The translations under genes were made by a program, and so were the position numbers. From Peptococcaceae bacterium UBA2264 (GTDB lineage Bacteria; Bacillota; Desulfitobacteriia; Desulfitobacteriales; Desulfitobacteriaceae), in the NCBI GenBank assembly GCA_002347475.1, contig DDXI01000068.1:1-51549 (forward strand): DNA of 51,549 nt, read 5' to 3'. The notes below the pieces were generated by a model that had not been told where the DNA came from, did no database searches, and saw only the letters and a list, made by a program, of their open reading frames with translations. Positions 18,219 to 29,351 of the stretch are shown one piece after another. Within the stretch, counting starts at the first letter, position 1. Every line of letters begins with the position of its first letter.

Positions 18219-19463
18219 CTCAGTCCAGGGAAACATATCTATAGGCTGGACTCCGGTAACTCTATACCCGCCCCGAGTCAGCATACCAATGTCCCGGGCC
18301 AAAGTCCCCGGATCACAGGAAACATAGATCAGGCGCTGGGGCTTGATTTCCAGCAAACTTTGCCCGACTTGCGGATGTATGCCAGCCCGCGGGGGGTCCA
18401 GAACAACCACATCCGGTTTTTCCGGCAGTTTCCGGATCAGCGACTCGACTTTGCCCTGGAGAAATTCAACCTGGCAGTTGGCGAGCAAAACACTATTGGC
18501 AACATAATTCTGCCGGGCATCCTTAATAGCCGAGGGATTTTCCTCAAGGCCTGTTACTTTCCTGGCCCGGGAAGCCAGTAACAAGGCCAGGGTCCCAATC
18601 CCGGAATACAGATCCCAGACTGTTTCTTTCCCGCTCAGGCCGGCCCAATTCAATACCTGTTTATAAAGAACCTCTGTTTGCAGGGAATTAACCTGCAAGA
18701 AGGATTCGGGCGAGACCTTGAAGGTGAGATCAAGAATCGTCTGAGTGAAGACATCATCCCCCCACAATAACTCCGGGCTCTTTCGGGAATCGCCAGCCCA
18801 GACAGAACGCAGTCCTTCCCTGGCCAGATCAGCCCATTCCAGAACTTGCCTCAGGTTCGAAAGCCGGGCCGGCAACCCTTCCAGTAACAAGAGCCCCTCT
18901 CCTCTGGTGTTTTCCCTCAAGATAAGGGTATGTATCTCCGGATAACCCTCAGCCAACTGCTTTTTTAGCAGTCTGATCCAGCGGTTCATACGCTCACTCA
19001 GGAGAAGACAGTCCGCAAAGCTGATCGGAATATTGGATTTTTCCCGATAATATCCCCATTCAGCCCCGGCAGTACGATGCAAACGGGCTTTATTACGATA
19101 GCGCCAGGGGAAAGTCATGCCCAGAACAGGGTTGACCCCAGCCTGCACTTTGCCTATCCTTTGCAGGGCATCCTCAACCCAGCGCTGCTTCCAAAGCAGG
19201 GTTTCTTCATAGGTTGTATGCTGCAGCCGGCAGCCGCCGCAGGCCGGAAAAACAAGACAGGGTGCGGCCTGACGCAACACTGAAGGCTTAATTAAAGTTA
19301 GTAAACGGGCCCGCTGCCATTTCTTTTTTGTTGCACAGACCTCGACTTCCCCAATTTCTCCGGGCAGAAGCCCAGCTACGAATGTTGCTCTGCCGTTTAT
19401 GTAACCTATCCCTGAGCCATCTGAGGAGAGACGCAAACATTCCAGAATATTGTTATTATCCAT
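18183..19463 (-). CDS. rumA: 23S rRNA (uracil-C5)-methyltransferase, RumA/RlmD (TrmA) family
   Basis: It has an N-terminal TRAM-like region, the Fe-S cysteines 'C...CGGCRLQH', a SAM-binding 'DLYSGIGT' motif and the catalytic region 'YVSCDPGTLARD'. Confidence 0.9.
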   Translation of the reverse strand: MDNNNILECLRLSSDGSGIGYINGRATFVAGLLPGEIGEVEVCATKKKWQRARLLTLIKPSVLRQAAPCLVFPACGGCRLQHTTYEETLLWKQRWVEDALQRIGKVQAGVNPVLGMTFPWRYRNKARLHRTAGAEWGYYREKSNIPISFADCLLLSERMNRWIRLLKKQLAEGYPEIHTLILRENTRGEGLLLLEGLPARLSNLRQVLEWADLAREGLRSVWAGDSRKSPELLWGDDVFTQTILDLTFKVSPESFLQVNSLQTEVLYKQVLNWAGLSGKETVWDLYSGIGTLALLLASRARKVTGLEENPSAIKDARQNYVANSVLLANCQVEFLQGKVESLIRKLPEKPDVVVLDPPRAGIHPQVGQSLLEIKPQRLIYVSCDPGTLARDIGMLTRGGYRVTGVQPIDMFPWTEHVETVVLITRV

Positions 19464-19490
19464 CAGGACTCCTTTTCCAATTCGAGAACA

Positions 19491-20012
19491 TTAAAATTCT
19501 ATATATTCCGTTGGCCTCTGCTCGGCAGCTTCGTTCACCTCACTATAATTCGTCAGATCCACCTCATACCACCAGGGGTTCCAATAGTAAATAACATCCT
19601 GATCCAAAACACAAAACTTGGTGATATCCTTCGTATGATCTTCATAGCCGTACAAAACCGGTCTTTTGGTTACAAGGGACAATTTAACCAAGTCTTCCAG
19701 AGATTTTACCTGATAGCGATAGGTGGCAGTTTCCGGGAACTCTCCGTTTAAGGCTACCATCCTGCTGCCGTATTTCCGGAAGATTTTTTTCAGTCTCCTC
19801 TCCGTAAAATCACCGTCCAGCACAACTACCGAAAAAAATTTTACATAGATCAAGGCTGCTGTCGCTGCACTAGCCACCAGTCCACTGAGCAAAAGCACCG
19901 GCCAATCAGGAGAATGTCTGAGCAAAATAAGAGCAGCGGCAGATATACATATTAGCACCACTAAGATTACGAGCAAGATATATTTTTTTGCCTTCCCGAT
20001 TTTTACCTTCAT
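19491..20012 (-). CDS. Membrane protein, unknown function (two N-terminal TM helices)
   Basis: An SD precedes the ATG. The N-terminus is hydrophobic and I recognised no family. Confidence 0.5.
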   Translation of the reverse strand: MKVKIGKAKKYILLVILVVLICISAAALILLRHSPDWPVLLLSGLVASAATAALIYVKFFSVVVLDGDFTERRLKKIFRKYGSRMVALNGEFPETATYRYQVKSLEDLVKLSLVTKRPVLYGYEDHTKDITKFCVLDQDVIYYWNPWWYEVDLTNYSEVNEAAEQRPTEYIEF

Positions 20013-20275
20013 TAGTTTCTTCTCCTGTATCTGTAATATATCGTATGCCCCTCATTGTTGGCAGAGTATGATTGGTCTTACTGCCATATATTCTAGCAAG
20101 AGGTACGGTTTCCTTCCTGAGAGCATAAACAGGCAGAGAGCCTGAATCCCTTAATTAGAAACCACTTAATCAGAAACCCCTGGTTGGGAACTATGTGATA
20201 CCCTGGTTGTAATCGATTAACCTCCTATACTGTCTCTCAGAAATAACTGCAGCTCTGCTAATTGCCTTGCTGCCG

Positions 20276-21424
20276 CTAATTTGCACAGTGCAATGCTTTT
20301 AATAATCTTAGAACCCTGGCGGCAGTCTCTTCCAGCAGTTCTTCAGTCCGGGCCAGTGAATCCGCCAGACTGATGGGACCGGGAGCAATGGCCATGATGG
20401 AATCAATGCCCTGCTCATAGACTTTTTCGGCCTCAGGTCCGATACAACCGGTCAGGGCAAGAACAGGCAGGCCATACTTCCTGGCTAGACGGGCGACGCC
20501 AATCGGCACTTTGCCCCTTATTGATTGGCCGTTGATCTCCCCTTCCCCGGTAATTACCAGATCAATGCTCCCTTGGGCCAAGAGATCTTCGACAGCCAGC
20601 AACTCCAGAACTACTTCTATTCCGGAAACAATCCGGGCCTTGAGAACAGCCATCATCCCGGCTGCAATCCCCCCGGCAGCCCCGCTGCCGGGTATTTCAC
20701 GCACCTGACATCCGGCAGCAGCCTCCAGGACATCAGCATAGTGATCAAGAAGAGCCTCTAACTCCCGAACTTGTTCCGGGTCAGCTCCTTTCTGCGGCCC
20801 GTAAACAGCTGCGGCCCCTTGCGGTCCGCACAGGGGATTGTCGACATCACAGGCTAAAGTGATCTGCACATCTTGGAGACGCTGATCCAAAACATTTAAG
20901 TCCAGGCGCTCCAGGCGGGCCAAATCTCTGACTTGACCGCCGAGTTCCAGGCCTTCCCGGTCCAAAAATTTGACACCCAAAACTCTTAGGATGCCCATCC
21001 CGCCATCACTGGTAGCGCTTCCGCCCAAGCCCAGGATTATCGTCTCACAGCCTTCAGCCAGGGCAGCCAGAATCAGTTCCCCTGTTCCTGCAGATGTTGT
21101 CCGAAGCGGATTACGCCCGGCCGGCGGAACCAAGGTCAATCCCGAAGCACTGGCCACTTCGATAACCGCAGTTTTGTTGTCGGCGCAGATCCCGAATTCA
21201 GCTTCCACCGGTTCGCCGAGCGGGCCGGTGACAGTCCGGGAAAGGAGCCGACCCCCGCTTGCTCCGATTACACAGCGGGTGGTTCCTTCTCCGCCATCTG
21301 CCAAAGGAATTTTATAACACTCCAGGCAAGGATCGATCTTTCTCAAACCGGCGGCAATACTTTCGGCGACTTGCGGCGCACTCAGACTCCCTTTGAAAGA
21401 ATCAGGAGCTATCACAATCCTCAT
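20276..21424 (-). CDS. glxK: Glycerate kinase
   Basis: 'MRIVIAPDSFKGSLSA...PLADGGEGT' is the canonical glycerate kinase N-terminus, and the 382-aa length fits. Confidence 0.9.
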   Translation of the reverse strand: MRIVIAPDSFKGSLSAPQVAESIAAGLRKIDPCLECYKIPLADGGEGTTRCVIGASGGRLLSRTVTGPLGEPVEAEFGICADNKTAVIEVASASGLTLVPPAGRNPLRTTSAGTGELILAALAEGCETIILGLGGSATSDGGMGILRVLGVKFLDREGLELGGQVRDLARLERLDLNVLDQRLQDVQITLACDVDNPLCGPQGAAAVYGPQKGADPEQVRELEALLDHYADVLEAAAGCQVREIPGSGAAGGIAAGMMAVLKARIVSGIEVVLELLAVEDLLAQGSIDLVITGEGEINGQSIRGKVPIGVARLARKYGLPVLALTGCIGPEAEKVYEQGIDSIMAIAPGPISLADSLARTEELLEETAARVLRLLKALHCAN

Positions 21425-21634
21425 GGTAACCCTCCCTGACTATCTGATAATATGACACCCTGTTATTAATATTCTGCCTGAACTCACTTTCCCCTCTCCA
21501 CACCAGATATAAACTAACCTTGACAAAATCTTAAGGATTTTTTCGCATCAGATAAAGATCTCCGGCTTATAATAACAGGTGTAGCAGCCTTTACTCAGGT
21601 ACACTGCAAGAATGTTAAAGGAGGAGTCATCAGG

Positions 21635-22183
21635 ATGAAATTAAACAAAGTCGCTTTGGTCGGTATTATTTCTCTGGTTGCTGTCATTGCAGCCGCAGGG
21701 ATAGCAGGAGCTGCTTACGGGGATAAAAGAGGATTCCGGGAAGCCCGTTTCCTGGCTTTCCAAACTAGCCAGCAAATGACCTGCAGCCACACGGCAGGTG
21801 ACTGCGCCCAGGCCAAAGGCAGGGCAAAGGGCATCGCCCAAGGCTGGGGAGGCAAAGGTTTTGCCCTGATGGAGTCAGCAGCCGACCTTCTCGGTCTGGA
21901 ACCCCGGGAATTGAAGGAGGAATTGCAAAGCGGCAAATCATTAGCGGAAATCGCCCAGGAAAAGGGAGTCACCCAAGACACTCTGATCGAAAAAATCCAG
22001 GCCGCTCTCACAGCCAATCTTGACCAGGCCGTAGCCGATGAAAAGATCACTGCCGAGACCGCAGCCAAAATCAAGGAAAACCTGACCCAAAGAATTACAG
22101 ATATGGTTACCAGACAGCATCCTCCCAAACAGACTGTTCCCGGACAGACAGAGACCCAGGTAGAACAAACCAGTAACACCTGA
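21635..22183 (+). CDS. Secreted or membrane-anchored helical protein, unknown function
   Basis: It has a signal/anchor sequence 'VALVGIISLVAVIAAAG', a strong SD and a repetitive helical C-terminus. Confidence 0.5.
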   Translation: MKLNKVALVGIISLVAVIAAAGIAGAAYGDKRGFREARFLAFQTSQQMTCSHTAGDCAQAKGRAKGIAQGWGGKGFALMESAADLLGLEPRELKEELQSGKSLAEIAQEKGVTQDTLIEKIQAALTANLDQAVADEKITAETAAKIKENLTQRITDMVTRQHPPKQTVPGQTETQVEQTSNT

Positions 22184-22191
22184 TCACAACC

Positions 22192-22227
22192 AGGGGCTGT
22201 GCCGAATTAAACTTTGGCACAGCCCCT
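22192..22227. terminator. Hairpin between convergent genes (possible bidirectional terminator)
   Basis: A 12-bp stem aggggctgtgcc/ggcacagcccct; the flanking U-tracts are poor. Confidence 0.45.
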
Positions 22228-22284
22228 TCAAACAACTATCCTGGCACCTTGTCCTTTATCAGACCTGTTATATTGGTTATCAGC

Positions 22285-23472
22285 TTAATCTTTGTACATA
22301 TTCTCGCGTGTCCAGGGCAAAAAGTTATTGATACCCTTCGTAAAAAGGAATTGATGCACATCGATATTGCCGCAATTAAAGGAAGCTGCACAGGAATTCA
22401 GATAGAGCCTCCACATCCTGACAAAATTTTCATCCTTGGTCTTTCTGATTTCCGGCAAGGCATTTTCAAAATTGCGGGCCCAATGCTCCAGGGTCCGCCC
22501 GTAGTGTCTCCTCAAACTTTCCACATCCAGAAGACTAAAATCTTCTTCAGCCAAATGCTCAACGATTTCTTTAAGGGTTGGTACGTAGCCGCCGGGGAAA
22601 ATATATTTGTCGATCCAGCTATTTACGTCCCCTTCCTTAATGCTTGTGATGGAATGAACTATTGATACACCCTTGTTCTGTAACAGCTTTTTTACTGTTG
22701 AGAAATATTCTGGGAGATGATTTTTCCCGACATGTTCCAGCATACCGACACTCACCACCCGGTCAAAAATCCTTTTGCCCAGTTCACGATAATCGGCTAG
22801 CTCCACTCCCACCAGCTCATCCAGTTTTTCCGCGGCAATTCTTTCTTTAACCTTGTATAATTGTTCCGCGCTCAAAGTAATGCCCATAGCCTTGACCTTA
22901 TATTTTTTAGCCGCCGTGATAATCAGGTCGCCCCAGCCGCAGCCGATATCCAGCAAGGTTTGCCCCTCGCTCAGACTGAGTTTTTTCAGAATATGCTCCG
23001 TCTTATTTTTTTGGGCCTGAAAGAGAGTATGATCCGGGGATTTGAAATAGGCACAGGAATAGGTCATGGTATCATCCAGCCATAAGCTGTAAAAATCATT
23101 GCCCAGGTCATAATGATGCTGAACATTGGATTTGCTTCTTTTGGGGTTATTAGGAAGGATTTTGTGGAGCCTGGGATAGGAGCTGCCTTTGTTAAAAAAG
23201 CTATCCTGGTTATTGTAGATCGACTCCATTGCCTCCTGCACTGGACCCTCAATATCCATCTTCTCGTTCATATAGGCTTCTCCGAAGGCCAGAGCAGGAT
23301 CTTTGACAATATCGGCCTTGGGTACAGGCTCATGAAAAACAATTTTAAATCTGACCTGCCCCTCCCCGTATATCTCCGCTTCTCCATCCCAATACTGAAC
23401 TTCACAGGTATCAGCAAACAGATTTTTAAAAATACTGCGGTAGAATATTTTGTCAACATTCATTTTCAGCAT
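22285..23472 (-). CDS. cfa: Cyclopropane-fatty-acyl-phospholipid synthase
   Basis: It has 'HYDLGNDFY' and the SAM motif 'LLDIGCGWG', and the 395-aa length fits. Confidence 0.9.
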   Translation of the reverse strand: MLKMNVDKIFYRSIFKNLFADTCEVQYWDGEAEIYGEGQVRFKIVFHEPVPKADIVKDPALAFGEAYMNEKMDIEGPVQEAMESIYNNQDSFFNKGSSYPRLHKILPNNPKRSKSNVQHHYDLGNDFYSLWLDDTMTYSCAYFKSPDHTLFQAQKNKTEHILKKLSLSEGQTLLDIGCGWGDLIITAAKKYKVKAMGITLSAEQLYKVKERIAAEKLDELVGVELADYRELGKRIFDRVVSVGMLEHVGKNHLPEYFSTVKKLLQNKGVSIVHSITSIKEGDVNSWIDKYIFPGGYVPTLKEIVEHLAEEDFSLLDVESLRRHYGRTLEHWARNFENALPEIRKTKDENFVRMWRLYLNSCAASFNCGNIDVHQFLFTKGINNFLPWTRENMYKD

Positions 23473-23576
23473 GCCCTCCTTAACTGCCTGTTATATCAGT
23501 GCTAAACTCCTTCAGTTTGATTAAAGCCTGCAATTCTCCTGAAAACAGCTGTCTAACTTAAACTCCTCTTTGTATT

Positions 23577-23954
23577 TTATTCCGCCAGAGCAACCGCTTC
23601 AATTTCCAGAACAGCATCCCTGGGCAGACGTCCGGCCTGAAGAGCAGAACGGGCAGGGGGATCATGGGGAAAATAAGTCCTATAGACGGCATTCATAGCC
23701 GCGAAATCATTGATGTCCCGCAAATAAACTACTGTCTTGACAACATTAGCCAGAGAGGACCCTGCTGCTTCCAGAATCGCCTTGATATTATCCAGTGCTT
23801 GTCTGGTTGCTCCTTCGACTTCAGCGACCAACTCCCCGCTGCCATTCAAAGGGAGCTGCCCGGATGTAAAGATTAAATTTCCTGCCTTAACCCCTTGGGA
23901 ATAAGATCCAAGGGCCGCCGGGGCCTTTTCCGTCATTACGATTGATTTAGTCAC
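23577..23954 (-). CDS. ridA: RidA family reactive-intermediate deaminase
   Basis: It has 'APAALGSYSQGV...GNLIFTSGQLP' and a C-terminal 'RSALQ...LPRDAVLEIEA', the YjgF/RidA signature. Confidence 0.9.
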   Translation of the reverse strand: MTKSIVMTEKAPAALGSYSQGVKAGNLIFTSGQLPLNGSGELVAEVEGATRQALDNIKAILEAAGSSLANVVKTVVYLRDINDFAAMNAVYRTYFPHDPPARSALQAGRLPRDAVLEIEAVALAE

Positions 23955-24144
23955 AGCTATCCGCCTCCTCTGCAGTTGTCATGAACTTATACACTATATC
24001 GGAAATAGCGCTGATCAGATTAAAAACCAGGTTATTGGAACATTTTTATAAATACCTGTTTTATAGGCTTTGCCTGACATAATGAATATTCTATAAATAA
24101 TACTCAATTTCCTTTTATATTCCATTTAATTCTTTAAAGCACAC

Positions 24145-24180
24145 CAAAAAGGCTGCCCTCCCACCCGGGTAGACAGCCTT
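24145..24180 (-). terminator. Rho-independent terminator downstream of the PHP phosphatase gene
   Basis: On the minus strand an aaggctg...cagcctt hairpin is followed by tttttgg. Confidence 0.5.
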
Positions 24181-24242
24181 GTATCAGATTCCAGCTCTTC
24201 ATCTTTCATCTGGGTAATTTCAGCTCTTCGGGAAAATATCAG

Positions 24243-24980
24243 CTAGGCGACATTGGGACGCAATTGGTGGCGTCCGGATAGATATTCCAGCACTCGTTCG
24301 GGCGAGGTATTGAGAATCTGCTGTTCGGAGATCCCTGCTTCCCGCACTAGATCGAGAGCATGGCTGAAATCTCCTACTCGATCACAGTAATGGGCATCAC
24401 TGCCCAAAATAATAGGTCCCTTATACTTGGCCGCATAGCGGGCAAAGAGGCTGCAATTCTTGCTGGCTTTAACTTTGGATCTGATTACAGCCAGGGTACT
24501 GTTATTTATTTCCGCCGGAACGTTCAAGCGGGCTGAGGCATAGGCAATACGTTCCAGATCCAATTCGAAATCGATCCGTCCCGGATGGACCATCGCATCA
24601 GTATAAGGATTCTCCATAGCTTTGATATAGGCCTGGGTATTCTCTTCCACCGTCCCGCCCGGATAACTGCCAGGATGCAGACCGACCAAAACCAGTTTGA
24701 GCCGAGCCAGATAACAGACCGGCACATCCAATTCCCCCTCGTGGTTAATGATATTGGCCTCCACCCCCGGCAAGATTTTTACGCCATATATTTCCTCGGG
24801 AAGAACCGCCATATTACCAAAGTAAGAAAGTTGAGGAGCTCCGGGCAGGCTGGGACCGTGGTCTGCGATTCCCAGTAACTCCAAGCCTTTGCGCGCTGCG
24901 GCTTGCGCATTTTCAGTAATAGTGCTGTAGGCATGTCCGCTCGCCAAAGTATGCGTATGCAAATCTACCAGCATTTTCAT
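24243..24980 (-). CDS. PHP-domain metal-dependent phosphatase (YcdX-like)
   Basis: 'MKMLVDLHTHTLASGHA' is a PHP motif. The start was chosen at the ATG after GAGGAG; the ORF stays open to 25064. Confidence 0.8.
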   Translation of the reverse strand: MKMLVDLHTHTLASGHAYSTITENAQAAARKGLELLGIADHGPSLPGAPQLSYFGNMAVLPEEIYGVKILPGVEANIINHEGELDVPVCYLARLKLVLVGLHPGSYPGGTVEENTQAYIKAMENPYTDAMVHPGRIDFELDLERIAYASARLNVPAEINNSTLAVIRSKVKASKNCSLFARYAAKYKGPIILGSDAHYCDRVGDFSHALDLVREAGISEQQILNTSPERVLEYLSGRHQLRPNVA

Positions 24981-25262
24981 ATTAAATCTCCTCATTTTCA
25001 GCCTTAAGCTTGTCAAAAATACCTGATTTTTTTCCCTGTTCTGCTTTAACCAGGCAACGTTCATAATGCTGCCCTGTAATTATTATCAAAGGGTTTCTGT
25101 GAAATATAGTACTAATCCAAGCAAAAATCCCACATTTACTATTATACTCCCCTTTGTCGATATATTGTACTGTTATTTGTCTGAATATTTAAAAAAATAC
25201 AATATACTTGTGACTTGTTTCAGAAATCGAGCATACTCACCATTATACTCCAAAATAATTCA

Positions 25263-25475
25263 TCAATCCACATCATAACCTTGGTCTTCGATGGCCTCCC
25301 TGAGAGCAGCGATATTCACTTGGGCCGGGTCATAGTCCACAGTAACTTTTTTGCCGGCCAGATCCACTCTGACCTCATAAACACCCTTCAGCCCCCCAAC
25401 TGCTTTTTTGATGCTATTCTCACAATGACTGCAGGACATCCCCCCGACAGCAAGCGTTGTATTTTCTCTGCCCAT
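25263..25475 (-). CDS. copZ: Copper chaperone CopZ
   Basis: A 70-aa HMA domain with 'GMSCSHC'. Confidence 0.9.
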   Translation of the reverse strand: MGRENTTLAVGGMSCSHCENSIKKAVGGLKGVYEVRVDLAGKKVTVDYDPAQVNIAALREAIEDQGYDVD

Positions 25476-25537
25476 ATGATTACCTCCCTTTTCTCACCTG
25501 ATCAGATCTTTTCGGTATCCCGCCCAAGCAGAACTGC

Positions 25538-27748
25538 TCAATCCGGTTTGAATTTCCTCAGCCTCAGAGAATTGGTCACAACCGATACGGAACTGAAAGC
25601 CATCGCAGCACCGGCTATCATGGGATTCAAAAGCCCCAGAGCAGCGATCGGTATGCCGATTATATTGTAAATGAACGCCCAAAAGAGGTTCTGCTTGATC
25701 TTGGCCATGGTTTTCCGGGATAATTTTATGGCTGTGGGTATGGTTCTCAGATCGCCCCGCATCAAGGTAATGTCGGCCGCTTCCATCGCTATATCGGTGC
25801 CGGTACCGATGGCCATGCCGATATCGGCCATAACCAGAGCAGGAGCATCATTAATACCGTCCCCCACCATAGCTACAATTTTGCCCTGTTTTTTCAGTTT
25901 CTCGACTTCTTCGGCTTTTTTTTCGGGCAGTACTTCGGCCAGTACATTGCTGATACCCACCTGACCGGCAATCGCCTGGGCAGTTCTCTTATTGTCGCCG
26001 GTTATCATGATAACCTCCAGCCCCATTTGCTGCAGCTCCGCAATCGCCTCCCGGGAATCTTCCTTGACCGTATCAGCCACCGCTACTATGGCTTCAATCT
26101 TATTATCGACGGCCAGGATCATGGCCGTTCGCCCCTGATCTTCCAGGGCGGCAAGGGCAGACTCGTAATCTTGCGGATCACTTACCCTCTCCCGCATCAG
26201 CTTGCGTGTACCCATATAGACGACCTTGTTATCTATCACTGCCTTGACACCCCTGCCGGGGATAGCTTCAAATTGCTGCGGTTCAGTGAGCTTGCCGAAT
26301 TCCTGCAGGCCTTTTTCATAGATTGCTGCTCCCAGAGGATGCTCGGAATTTTTTTCAGCAGCGGCCGCCAGGGATAAAACCTCATTCTTGGTCATTTGCC
26401 CCAGGGAGACCACTTCGGTCACTTCCGGACGCCCTTTGGTAATCGTCCCCGTCTTGTCCAGGACAATCGTATTCAGTTTATAAGCCAGTTCCAGGTATTC
26501 TCCGCCTTTGATCAGGATCCCGTTTTCCGCCCCCTTACCTGTACCCACCATAATGGCGGTCGGTGTCGCCAGCCCCAGAGCGCAGGGACAGGCAATCACC
26601 AGTACTGCCACGGCACTGATGATCCCTGAAGTCAGGTTACCCAGCAGGAAAAACCAGACCAGAAATGTCAGCAAGGCAATCGCAGCCACCACAGGCACAA
26701 AAACTCCGGCTACCTGATCGGCAATTTTTTGGATTGGAGCCTTGGAGCCCTGGGCTTCCTCCACCATCCGGATAATCCGGGCCAAAGCAGTATCTTTACC
26801 CACTTTGGCAGCCTGAAAATGGAATGTTCCGTATTTGTTGATAGAGGCCCCGATGACCTGATCGCCGGGTTTTTTCTCGACCGGCAGGCTTTCCCCGGTC
26901 AGCATGGATTCATCAACCGCCGAACTGCCTTCCATTATCTGGCCGTCCACAGGAATTTTTTCGCCTGGCCGGACAACTATAATATCGCCGACCTCGACGG
27001 CCTCGATCGCTATATCCATTTCGGCCCCGTTCCGGATAACCCGGGCCGTTTTGGCCTGCAGGCTGCTCAGCTTTCTGATAGCCTCCGAAGTCTTGCCCCT
27101 GGCCAGAGCTTCCAGATATTTGCCCAGCAGGATCAGGGTGATGACCACCGCAGCGGCCTCGAAATAGAGGTCTTTCATCATCCCCTGGGGGACAGTCTGG
27201 AAAAAGACATTATAAAGGCTGAAAAAATAAGCCGCCGAAGTCCCCATGGCAATCAAAACATCCATATCGGCGCTGCGGGAGCGCAGGGCGTAATAGGCAT
27301 TTTTATAAAAACGGGAACCGATTATAAACTGCACCGGTGTAGCCACCAGCAGCTGGAAATATTCATTGTGCAAAAAGTGCAAAGAGGACACCAGCGCCCA
27401 GTCAGCAGGCAGCAGCATAAGCAGCATAGCCAGCAGCAAAGGCGAACTCAGCAGGGCCGAGACGCTCAATTCCCATTTGAGCCACCTGATTTCCTGGGCC
27501 CGCTCCTCCTTTTCCCGGTCCCGGTTCAGCTCCTCTTCTCTCAGAGCCTTGTAACCTAGGGCTTCCACAGTTTTGATCATTTCATTTACTTTTACCTGGG
27601 AACTGTCATACTCCACAGTCGCTTTTTCCGATGCCAGATTTACGGAAGCCTTGGCCACGCCTTCAAGCTTGTTCAGTTTCTTTTCGATTTTGGCTGAGCA
27701 GGCTGCGCAGGTCATACCCGAAATCTTCAATGTGACCTTACTGTCCAT
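25538..27748 (-). CDS. copA: Copper-translocating P-type ATPase CopA
   Basis: It has the N-terminal HMA motif 'GMTCAAC', 'CPC' in the TM region, 'DKTGT', and 'GDGINDAP'. The start was chosen at the ATG after GGAGGT; the ORF stays open to 27817. Confidence 0.95.
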   Translation of the reverse strand: MDSKVTLKISGMTCAACSAKIEKKLNKLEGVAKASVNLASEKATVEYDSSQVKVNEMIKTVEALGYKALREEELNRDREKEERAQEIRWLKWELSVSALLSSPLLLAMLLMLLPADWALVSSLHFLHNEYFQLLVATPVQFIIGSRFYKNAYYALRSRSADMDVLIAMGTSAAYFFSLYNVFFQTVPQGMMKDLYFEAAAVVITLILLGKYLEALARGKTSEAIRKLSSLQAKTARVIRNGAEMDIAIEAVEVGDIIVVRPGEKIPVDGQIMEGSSAVDESMLTGESLPVEKKPGDQVIGASINKYGTFHFQAAKVGKDTALARIIRMVEEAQGSKAPIQKIADQVAGVFVPVVAAIALLTFLVWFFLLGNLTSGIISAVAVLVIACPCALGLATPTAIMVGTGKGAENGILIKGGEYLELAYKLNTIVLDKTGTITKGRPEVTEVVSLGQMTKNEVLSLAAAAEKNSEHPLGAAIYEKGLQEFGKLTEPQQFEAIPGRGVKAVIDNKVVYMGTRKLMRERVSDPQDYESALAALEDQGRTAMILAVDNKIEAIVAVADTVKEDSREAIAELQQMGLEVIMITGDNKRTAQAIAGQVGISNVLAEVLPEKKAEEVEKLKKQGKIVAMVGDGINDAPALVMADIGMAIGTGTDIAMEAADITLMRGDLRTIPTAIKLSRKTMAKIKQNLFWAFIYNIIGIPIAALGLLNPMIAGAAMAFSSVSVVTNSLRLRKFKPD

Positions 27749-27776
27749 AATGTTACCTCCTTCCGAAGTGATTATT

Positions 27777-27821
27777 CCTGAGGTCAATATCCCTAAGGTC
27801 AATATCCCTGAAGTCAAGAGA
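27777..27821 (-). repeat. Three tandem 15-bp units directly upstream of copA
   Basis: cctgaggtcaatatc / cctaaggtcaatatc / cctgaagtcaagaga. In copA sense each unit contains TTGAC(C/T). Confidence 0.6.
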
Positions 27822-28199
27822 TCAGCCGCTTAATCCGGTTACTGGATGGTCAGGACACTATACACCAAATTTTGTTTGCTTGCGTTCATTTTATCACTCT
27901 CTCTGATTTAGACAATATTTATCTGATAAGAATTTATTTCGCAAATTTATAGAGCTTTTTCGTAATCTTATTTTCATTTTCCGAAAAGGTATCAGACAAT
28001 TGCCGTTCACCCGCTTACTTCATAATATTTCATGACAATCCAGGGCACTCTTAAGTATCCATGTTCAAGAAATTTACTAAGTCCCTGGATATAATATTTT
28101 TAGTTGAACTGTCTAAAAACCTGTTTTAGAGGTATAACTTAAGTGAAAGATTTGAGAGGGAAACTCAAATAATAAAACAAAATTTAAGGAGGAAAAAAA

Positions 28200-28613
28200 A
28201 TGAAAAAACTCACAACTCTGCTCAAGAAAAAGAACCGCGGCTTCACTCTGGTTGAACTGATTGTCGTAATCGCGATCCTGGCCATTCTGGCAGCAATCGC
28301 CTTGCCTCAACTGCTTGGCTTCCAGGATAGGGCAAGAGAACAAGCCGACAAGCAAACTGCGATCCAGGTCAGAAATGCTACTGCACTGTTATGGGCTAAC
28401 GATGAAATTGAATTCACAGATAACGGAACAGTGACCGTCGCTGCTGCAGATGATTCTATTGCTGTAGCCGGCATTTCATCAAACAGTGATACAGAAGTTG
28501 AAGATTTGATCCTGGAATTAACTGATACTCTTGACGTCGTAGGTAATAAGGATATCGTCATCACAGTGAAAGCAGATGGCACTGTAGAACAAGCACTCGT
28601 AGCTGCTGAATAA
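28200..28613 (+). CDS. pilA: Type IV major pilin (prepilin with class III signal peptide)
   Basis: It has 'KKKNRG/FTLVELIVVIAILAILAAIALP', a strong SD, and its own terminator. Confidence 0.85.
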   Translation: MKKLTTLLKKKNRGFTLVELIVVIAILAILAAIALPQLLGFQDRAREQADKQTAIQVRNATALLWANDEIEFTDNGTVTVAAADDSIAVAGISSNSDTEVEDLILELTDTLDVVGNKDIVITVKADGTVEQALVAAE

Positions 28614-28696
28614 ACCTTAACAGTATATTCAAGTAAAAACGTATAATTTCACGCAATACGCTCGATCAAGGGGCTGTGTGAAAACTAGCCCCCTGA

Positions 28697-28733
28697 GACC
28701 GCCTGGAACGAAAGTTTTAGGCGGTTTTTTTTT
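28697..28733 (+). terminator. Rho-independent terminator of pilA
   Basis: accgcct...aggcggt hairpin followed by a run of nine T. Confidence 0.8.
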
Positions 28734-29280
28734 ACACCTAAAACGCAAAAGATGGTATAGTATATATTTACATCATTGTAAAAGAGGGTGAAACAGGTTG
28801 TTTGAACCTGGATAAAAGGTACATAATAAGGTAGTTTTCAAAGCATAATCAGAATCAGCTTAGTCTGCCAATTGATCTGGAATGCCCAATCCCGCCAAAT
28901 AATGTGGTCAGGATCATTACCTCTGCCACCGATAAAATAAGCCTGGAAACTCTTTTCGCCAAATATCCCGGCAGAGGCTGATACAGTTTTCATCCGGTCA
29001 TGATGATAAAACTTATGGTCTGCGCCTATGCCGACAAAATATATTTCAGCCGACGAATGGGATAAGCCGCCCGGGAAAATATCATGTTCATGTGGCAATA
29101 AGCGGATCTAAATCAATCGGCAGGGAAATGAGTTGAAAGCAAAGGCCGCAGCAAAATTTACTCGGGAGTATGGCGTAAAAATGCGAGGCTTAAGACCTAT
29201 TGAGCTGGAAAGTATCTTTAATAGTTGTTTGCTGGGGGCAATATAACCCATTATTCGCTCTTCAATCACTATGATATTAA

Positions 29281-29329
29281 TAAAAAGGGGCCGTACCGAA
29301 ACTAACAAGTTTCAGCACAGCCCCTTTTT
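29281..29329. terminator. Bidirectional hairpin terminator downstream of the DUF5658-like gene
   Basis: Outer stem aaaaggggc/gcccctttt and inner stem gaaact/agtttc, with A/T tracts on both sides. Confidence 0.65.
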
Positions 29330-29351
29330 ATGCCTATTTAAGCCATTATGG

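Noticed and set aside
27777-27821. Short tandem repeats that might have been a CRISPR array.
   Set aside because: There are only three directly abutting 15-bp units with no spacers and no cas genes, so I treat them as a leader or promoter repeat instead.
27840-28199. A possible c-di-GMP (GEMM-I/II) riboswitch upstream of pilA, as known for some clostridial pilin genes.
   Set aside because: Reading the 360-nt region, I found none of the conserved GEMM sequence blocks (for example 'GCAAACC' and 'ACGCAAAGCC'). It holds only a simple 7-bp hairpin (28039-28089).
28838-29308. Two small minus-strand ORFs (86 and 66 aa) between pilA and the DUF5658-like gene.
   Set aside because: They have a TTG or non-standard start without a convincing SD and no recognisable family. 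They may be remnants, but there is too little support to annotate them.
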